A stretch of 64,000 nt of DNA from the NCBI GenBank assembly GCA_045644805.1, contig JAZRHO010000079.1, forward strand, positions 19,864 to 83,863, written 5' to 3'. The translations under genes were made by a program, and so were the position numbers. The stretch is from Eubacteriales bacterium (GTDB lineage Bacteria > Bacillota > Clostridia > Oscillospirales > CAG-272). Of this stretch, positions 58,701-64,000 are shown in pieces. The notes under the pieces are model-generated. The model saw only the letters and a program-made list of their open reading frames with translations. It was not told the origin of the DNA and did not search any database. Numbering within the stretch: position 1 is the stretch's first letter; each line of letters opens with the position of its first letter.

Positions 58701-60952
58701 TTATCATCGCCTCCTCTCAAGGTTTTCTTAACGCTGAACCCAAACAGATTCTTAAGCTGCTTATGAGTAATAACAATCGTCAGGATTATCATTCCAAGGA
58801 AAATAAGAATGTACTGCCATGGATAAAGGTAAACGAAAATACTGTTAAACGCAGGCGTCGTAAAGATAAGTATTGCGACTACGACAGAGGTAATGATTGC
58901 CGGGATAACAGATATAAGCATACGAGCATACATTGCTATGCGAATAACTCGCACGGGTATGCCCATAGACCTCATAATCGCCATATCTGCCTTGAACGCT
59001 CCTATAACTCTTGAGGAGCATAAATATACAAAGAATGAAAGGAATACTACTGCTATAAGCCAAAGAACAGCAAACATGACAGATGTAAGTAGTCCTAATA
59101 TTACATCAACTCCGCTCGGCTTATAAGTAGTGCAAGACGGAACTGCAATATATCCCGATTCATTCAATAAAAGCGCTGCCTCTTTTGCCGCCTCATCATC
59201 AGCGAAGAACAATGATGCCTGCGTATAAGATTTTGAAAGAGCATCATTTGCCAGGTTATATAACAGGGAGGGAGATATGAATATTTCTTTATATTCATCG
59301 TCCTCCGATGTCGGAGCCTTATCTGTTATATATTCCTCTCCAAAGGTCTTCTCAAAGGTTAAAGCATCCGAATAATCGTAGTAATAATTATAGCTGTAAT
59401 ACTGGGATACGAAGCGAACGCTCGTAGACTCTGTGTTGCCGGCGAATTGATTCTTTATATGTTTTGATATATATATTTTGTTTTCTTCAAGTTCAAAGCA
59501 AGGCACGATAGAATAAATATAGTACATCTCACTGGCACCGTTTTTCAGCATAATGTTAACCGATGTTTGCATATCAGCACGTTCCACCGCATAATACACC
59601 GCTGTGGCTATATCAAATCCTTCCTTTGTAAAAAGGCATTTTCCGAGTATATTGTTATCATAATAATACTTAATTCCCACCACGTCAAACTCGGTATAGC
59701 AATATATTATTTTATCTGTAAGTATTGATTCTTCCCCGAAGTCGGGCTTATATGATATCGGAAGATATAAGAATACTTCGTTTTTCTCTTTAGGATATCT
59801 TCCGATTATATCATCGCCATAGTGCTCTCCATATGTAAAATCAAGGTTTTGATAACAGTATTCACCGTCGGGCGCTGTATAGGAAACGTAAATGTATTCG
59901 CCTTCATCCAAAAGCATATCATAATGAAGATACGTTTTAGCGCCATAGCTTTCGGAAAGAGCTGCAAGCTCTTGATCGGTTATTATTTCACCGCTCCGCT
60001 TTGTTATAATCAGTCTTCCGTCAATATGGGAAAACATATAACTATCCTCAAAAATAGAACCCATATCGGAGCAAAGAGAGGTTACCGCGAATATTCCAAG
60101 CATTCCTATTATCATCAGCAAGCAGAGAAAAATCGAAAGTTTTGGCTTTGATGTGAAAATAGTTTTTCCTAAAAGAAATCCGTTTTTAATATCCTTTTTA
60201 ATTAAATCTTTTTTGGAAGCTGATGAGGCACCTTTTACTTTCTCATCTCTTTTTGTTTCCACAAAATTTGAAGGAGAAACTATGTGATCGGATTCCACCG
60301 TTCCGTCAAATATACGAATATGCCTCGTGGCATATTTTTCAAGCTCGTCAAAGCTGTGAGTAACAACTATAAGAAGCTTATCACGAGAAACCTCATAAAG
60401 AAGATTCATTATTTCAGCGGAAGTAGCAAAATCCAAGTTTCCGGTAGGCTCGTCTGCCAGAATGATAGGACTGTCCTTCGCAAGCGCGCGGGCAATTACA
60501 GTTCTCTGCTTCTGACCTCCCGAAAGCTTGCTTCCCTTATGATGAATATGCGAGCTGAGCCCAACCCTTTCAATAAGCTCAAGCGCTCTTTTCCTTCGTT
60601 CCTTTTTATCATCAATGTTCATAAGTGCCAGCTCAACGTTTTCAAGCACCGTGAAACTGTCAAGAATATTATAATCCTGAAATATAAACGAAATATACTT
60701 TTCTCTATATCCCTCCCAATCGGACTGCATATAGTGAGACGTAGGATGCCCCTCAATTAAAAGTTCGCCCTCCTCATAGGAATCCATTCCGCTGATAACA
60801 TTAAGAAGCGTGGATTTTCCCGAGCCTGACTTACCGGTTATCGCAACGAATTCGCCTCTGTCAAACGAAAGATTGACTCCGCGTATACCAACGGCAACGT
60901 TTCCTTCTGAAACGTATATTTTTCCAATATCATTAAGCCTAAGTAACGACAT
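58697..60952 (-). CDS. MacB-type ABC transporter, fused ATPase and FtsX-like permease, with a roughly 330-aa extracytoplasmic domain
   Basis: 751 aa. GKSGSGKST, LSGGQKQR and ILADEPTGNLD. TM1 near aa 270 and a C-terminal FtsX bundle (IMRSMGIPVRVI). RBS AAAGGAG. The stop overlaps the next gene start by 4 nt. Confidence 0.88.
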   Translation of the reverse strand: MSLLRLNDIGKIYVSEGNVAVGIRGVNLSFDRGEFVAITGKSGSGKSTLLNVISGMDSYEEGELLIEGHPTSHYMQSDWEGYREKYISFIFQDYNILDSFTVLENVELALMNIDDKKERRKRALELIERVGLSSHIHHKGSKLSGGQKQRTVIARALAKDSPIILADEPTGNLDFATSAEIMNLLYEVSRDKLLIVVTHSFDELEKYATRHIRIFDGTVESDHIVSPSNFVETKRDEKVKGASSASKKDLIKKDIKNGFLLGKTIFTSKPKLSIFLCLLMIIGMLGIFAVTSLCSDMGSIFEDSYMFSHIDGRLIITKRSGEIITDQELAALSESYGAKTYLHYDMLLDEGEYIYVSYTAPDGEYCYQNLDFTYGEHYGDDIIGRYPKEKNEVFLYLPISYKPDFGEESILTDKIIYCYTEFDVVGIKYYYDNNILGKCLFTKEGFDIATAVYYAVERADMQTSVNIMLKNGASEMYYIYSIVPCFELEENKIYISKHIKNQFAGNTESTSVRFVSQYYSYNYYYDYSDALTFEKTFGEEYITDKAPTSEDDEYKEIFISPSLLYNLANDALSKSYTQASLFFADDEAAKEAALLLNESGYIAVPSCTTYKPSGVDVILGLLTSVMFAVLWLIAVVFLSFFVYLCSSRVIGAFKADMAIMRSMGIPVRVIRIAMYARMLISVIPAIITSVVVAILIFTTPAFNSIFVYLYPWQYILIFLGMIILTIVITHKQLKNLFGFSVKKTLRGGDDK

Positions 60953-61044
60953 AAAAATCTCCTTTACATATAAATTTCCAATAAAGCAATTTTAAATATA
61001 GGATCTTTAAAGCTCAGACTGTGTTTTTATAACGACAATCGAAT

Positions 61045-61194
61045 GTCGAAATCAAGCAATTTCGACGGCAAATCTGTGATTTGCTAACAGTTTTCGAAAA
61101 AGAAAACTGTTGATTTCTGTTGCAATGATTATAGTACAAAAGCTGAGGCTTTTGTTCAGCTGTTTTACAGCTGCGAAAAGGATTTGTCCTTTTC
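61045..61194 (-). promoter_or_regulatory. structured 5' leader: six consecutive perfect stem-loops arranged as two triplets
   Basis: Plus-strand arms are: 61045-52/61059-66, 61068-74/61078-84, 61086-95/61102-111, 61136-43/61148-55, 61157-62/61168-73 and 61175-82/61187-94. All stems are perfect (6-10 bp). The structure is certain; the function is unknown. Confidence 0.5.
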
Positions 61195-61211
61195 CACATA
61201 CTATAATAATT

Positions 61212-61240
61212 ATTATAAATTATGTTGTAAATATTGTCAA
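61212..61240 (-). promoter_or_regulatory. consensus sigma-A promoter driving the ABC leader
   Basis: Minus strand reads TTGACA (61240-61235), exactly 17 nt, then TATAAT (61217-61212). Confidence 0.7.
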
Positions 61241-61264
61241 TACATTTCTCATTACAATATATAA

Positions 61265-61297
61265 GAGCTGTCCCATATAAAATATACGAGACAGCTC
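61265..61297 (-). terminator. weak terminator-like hairpin after nrdD
   Basis: GAGCTGTC (61265-61272) pairs with GACAGCTC (61290-61297), with a 17-nt loop. The downstream tract TTATATATT is only T-rich. Confidence 0.5.
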
Positions 61298-61323
61298 CGA
61301 AAATATTTATGATATTATTTAAA

Positions 61324-63498
61324 TTACAAGTGAAGAACTCTGTCGCTTATCTCCTGCGTTCTTCCCTGATTCCAATACTGTGTGCCTATATATCCGCAGG
61401 TTCTTCTTGCAACGTTCATCTTAGCCTGATCTCTGTTATGGCAATTCGGGCATTCCCATACCAGCTTTCCGTCTTCGTCCTGCTTTATCTCAATCTCTCC
61501 GTCATATCCGCATACCTGGCAAAAATCACTCTTCGTATTAAGCTCGGCATACATGATATTATCGTAAATAAACTTCATAACAGAAATAACAGCTTCTATA
61601 TTATTCTGCATATCGGGAACCTCTACGTAGCTTATCGCACCTCCGGGAGAGAGAGCCTGAAATTTAGCTTCGAGAGTAAGCTTATCAAACGCGTCAATAG
61701 GCTCGGTAACATGTACGTGATAAGAATTTGTAATATACTGCTTATCTGTAACTCCCTTAACCACGCCGAACTTTTTCTGAAGACACTTCGCGAATTTGTA
61801 CGTGGTGCTCTCAAGGGGTGTGCCGTAAAGCGAATAGTCAATATTCTCTTCAGCTTTCCACTTTGCGGTATACTCATTGAGCTTACGCATTATCTCAAGT
61901 CCGAGAGCCTCACCCTCCGGCTCGGTAAGCTTTTTACCTATAAGCGCATAAACGCACTCCCAAAGTCCTGCATATCCAAGGGATAACGTTGAATATCCAC
62001 CGAAGAGATATTTATCAATCGGAACCCCTTTCGGAAGTCTTGTCAATGCTCCATACTGCCAAAGAATCGGTGCCGCATCAGAAAGAGTACCGAGAAGTCT
62101 TTCATGTCTTGCGCGCAGAGCTCTATGGCAAAGATCCATTCTCTCATCGAATATCTCATAGAATTTATCCATATCTCCATTCGCTGAAAGACCGATATCA
62201 ACAAGATTTACAGTAACAACACCCTGATTGAATCTGCCGTAATATTTCGGTTTGCCATCCTCATCGATATACGGAGTGAGGAAGCTTCTGCATCCCATAC
62301 ACGTATAGCAATGACCCTCTCCGTTCTTATCTACCTTATTCTGAAGCATTATCTTCTCCGAAATATAATCGGGAACCATACGCTTTGCTGTGCACTTAGC
62401 CGCAAGCTGCGTAAGGTAATAATATTTTGAATCTTCGTGTATATTAGCTTCTTCAAGAACGTATATAAGCTTGGGGAATGCGGGTGTTACCCAAATACCC
62501 TTTTCGTTCTTTACACCCTGATAGCGCTGAACGAGAGTCTCTTCAATAATGAGCGCAAGGTCTGCCTTCTCCTGCTCATTTTTAGCTTCACTGAGATACA
62601 TGAATATAGTAATGAATGGAGCCTGACCGTTTGTCGTAAGAAGAGTAACTACCTGATACTGAATACACTGAACTCCGCGCTTGATTTCCTCACGCAGTCT
62701 ACCTTCCGTTATCTTCTTGATTGCTTCTTCATCAGAAACTCCGATATCAGCAAGCTCGCGTTCAACCGCTGCGCGAATCTTCTTACGGCTGATATCAACA
62801 AACGGAGCAAGATGCGCAAGGCTTATGGACTGACCGCCATACTGATTAGATGCAACCTGAGCAATTATCTGCGTCGCGATATTGCAGGCTGTGGAAAAGC
62901 TGTGGGGCTTCTCGATCATAGTTCCGCTTATAACGGTTCCGTTCTCAAGCATATCTTCGAGGTTAACAAGATCGCAATTGTGCATGTGCTGAGCAAAATA
63001 ATCAGAGTCGTGGAAATGTATAATTCCGTCTTCATGTGCCTTCACTATATCCGCAGGCAAAAGAATTCTTCTGGTTATATCCTTAGATATCTCGCCAGCC
63101 ATGTAATCTCGCTGAACACTGTTAACAGTAGGATTCTTGTTTGAATTCTCCTGCTTAACCTCTTCGTTATTACACTCAATAAGAGAAAGAATCTGATCAT
63201 CGGTAGTGTTCGTACGTCTGATAAGCGCTCTTTTATATCGATAGGTGATATATGCACGCGCTAATATAAAAGCTCCCGAACGCATAAGTTCATTTTCAAC
63301 CATATCCTGAACTTCTTCCACGTTCACTGCTCTTCCGAGCTTCTCGCACCTTGACTCTACCTGAGCCGCTATTTTATTTATTTTTCCTTTTGTTATTCTT
63401 TCATCCTCGTCAACAGCCTCATTTGCTTTCCAAATAGCTGCGGCTATTTTCTCACGCTCGAATATTGCCTCCGAGCCGTCTCTTTTAATAAGCTTCAT
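61324..63498 (-). CDS. nrdD: anaerobic ribonucleoside-triphosphate reductase (class III)
   Basis: 724 aa. N-terminal ATP-cone (MKLIKRDGSEAIFEREKI), C-terminal Zn ribbon CQVCGY...CPNC and glycyl-radical motif RRTCGYIG. Confidence 0.96.
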   Translation of the reverse strand: MKLIKRDGSEAIFEREKIAAAIWKANEAVDEDERITKGKINKIAAQVESRCEKLGRAVNVEEVQDMVENELMRSGAFILARAYITYRYKRALIRRTNTTDDQILSLIECNNEEVKQENSNKNPTVNSVQRDYMAGEISKDITRRILLPADIVKAHEDGIIHFHDSDYFAQHMHNCDLVNLEDMLENGTVISGTMIEKPHSFSTACNIATQIIAQVASNQYGGQSISLAHLAPFVDISRKKIRAAVERELADIGVSDEEAIKKITEGRLREEIKRGVQCIQYQVVTLLTTNGQAPFITIFMYLSEAKNEQEKADLALIIEETLVQRYQGVKNEKGIWVTPAFPKLIYVLEEANIHEDSKYYYLTQLAAKCTAKRMVPDYISEKIMLQNKVDKNGEGHCYTCMGCRSFLTPYIDEDGKPKYYGRFNQGVVTVNLVDIGLSANGDMDKFYEIFDERMDLCHRALRARHERLLGTLSDAAPILWQYGALTRLPKGVPIDKYLFGGYSTLSLGYAGLWECVYALIGKKLTEPEGEALGLEIMRKLNEYTAKWKAEENIDYSLYGTPLESTTYKFAKCLQKKFGVVKGVTDKQYITNSYHVHVTEPIDAFDKLTLEAKFQALSPGGAISYVEVPDMQNNIEAVISVMKFIYDNIMYAELNTKSDFCQVCGYDGEIEIKQDEDGKLVWECPNCHNRDQAKMNVARRTCGYIGTQYWNQGRTQEISDRVLHL

Positions 63499-63536
63499 TT
63501 TAAAACTCCTTAGATTTTACAAATCATACAACCGAC

Positions 63537-63569
63537 AAAAAACGCTGCGGCATCCTACCCACACCGCAG
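63537..63569 (-). terminator. terminator-like hairpin inside the nrdD 5' leader
   Basis: Minus strand reads CTGCGG-13 nt-CCGCAG, followed by CGTTTTTTG. It lies about 40 nt upstream of the nrdD RBS. Confidence 0.4.
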
Positions 63570-63711
63570 AGTTTTTGGAATTCCAACAGAATCGAAAACT
63601 CCACTAAAAAAACGGAATTTGCCGTCCGTCGAAACAATTTAATATACTCATCAAAGACCAAACAAAAAAACCTTACCATTTTGCTCGGTCAAAAAAACAT
63701 TTTGTGCTTCT

Positions 63712-63739
63712 ATTATACCATATATTGTGTTTTTGTCAA
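63712..63739 (-). promoter_or_regulatory. nrdD promoter
   Basis: Minus strand reads TTGACA (63739-63734), a 16-nt spacer, then TATAAT (63717-63712). It overlaps NrdR box 1. Confidence 0.6.
63715..63730. promoter_or_regulatory. NrdR box 1
   Basis: Minus strand reads ACACAATATATGGTAT, compared with the NrdR-box consensus acaCwAtATaTwgtgt. It overlaps the -10 and spacer. Confidence 0.75.
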
Positions 63740-63746
63740 CCCCTAA

Positions 63747-63762
63747 ATACTACATCTTGTGT
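63747..63762. promoter_or_regulatory. NrdR box 2
   Basis: Minus strand reads ACACAAGATGTAGTAT. It starts exactly 32 bp from box 1, the canonical tandem spacing. Confidence 0.65.
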
Positions 63763-64000
63763 TTTTTGTATTTTTTGACCTTTTGCGCCAAGGCTATATT
63801 TTGCACTAAAAAACCGGATTTTTTTGTTAAAGATTGCTCTTAAATTATTGGCATAACAGTTATTTTGAAGCAGAGAATCTTCGCCTTTGGTTAATATCGA
63901 CAAAATAAGCAAATATTTTTCTATTAACTTCTAAATCCGAGTTTATTACACACAAAAAACTTCGCAAAAAAGCAACATTAAATTTGCGCTGTCGAAATTC

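Noticed and set aside
63687-63693. GGTCAAA heptads as CtsR operators (63687-63693, and the inverted copy at 63774-63780).
   Set aside because: CtsR sites are tandem direct repeats, GGTCAAA-N3-GGTCAAA. Here the heptads are single, inverted and 80 bp apart, and they sit upstream of nrdD, which is not a stress gene.
1-64000. Looked by eye for rRNA, tRNA, CRISPR arrays, IS elements or transposases, integrases, prophage genes and toxin-antitoxin pairs.
   Set aside because: I saw no tRNA-like cloverleaf candidates or direct-repeat arrays in the intergenic gaps, and no ORF with transposase, integrase or phage hallmarks. This manual scan could miss small or degenerate elements. The window looks like stable chromosome, apart from the AraC remnant.

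Overview
This is a 64-kb chromosomal segment from a low-GC, Gram-positive-type anaerobe. Gene content and signals look Clostridia-like, but the taxon cannot be fixed without a search. I call about 52 protein genes. I did not see any rRNA, tRNA, CRISPR array, transposase or integrase, though RNA genes and repeats were only looked for by eye in the intergenic gaps.

Two large nucleotide-biosynthesis operons dominate the window.
- A roughly 13-kb pur operon runs purE-purC-purF-purM-purN, a PurO-like IMP cyclohydrolase, an AICARFT-only purH, purD, a fused purL and fhs. It sits behind a promoter, a clear ZTP (pfl) riboswitch and a terminator.
- A roughly 10-kb pyr operon runs pyrC-carB-pyrK-pyrD-pyrF-pyrE and a pyrB fused to a PyrI zinc domain, with guaB appended.

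The flanks carry housekeeping genes: greA, clpB with a CIRCE-like operator, a dus gene, and nrdD with tandem NrdR boxes.

Accessory content includes:
- a GDPD / short radical-SAM / SGNH operon
- an XRE-HTH::PfkB kinase fusion with an aldolase
- a decayed AraC remnant
- a PRT-like protein with a degenerate PRPP loop
- a GH31 hydrolase and a MATE pump
- two tandem MacB-type NBD-FtsX fusion ABC proteins.

The most unexplained signal is the roughly 250-nt leader of the ABC pair (61045-61194). It follows a perfect consensus promoter and holds two triplets of back-to-back perfect hairpins, overlapped by a 61-codon Cys-rich ORF.

Other candidates worth follow-up:
- the radical-SAM operon and its leader sORF
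- a PurF lacking the Cys1 nucleophile
- carB without carA
- the PyrB-zinc-domain fusion
- a 16-bp inverted repeat at 8994-9097.

All calls rest on reading the sequence and on recalled family motifs; no database search was run. Promoter and terminator coordinates are approximate.
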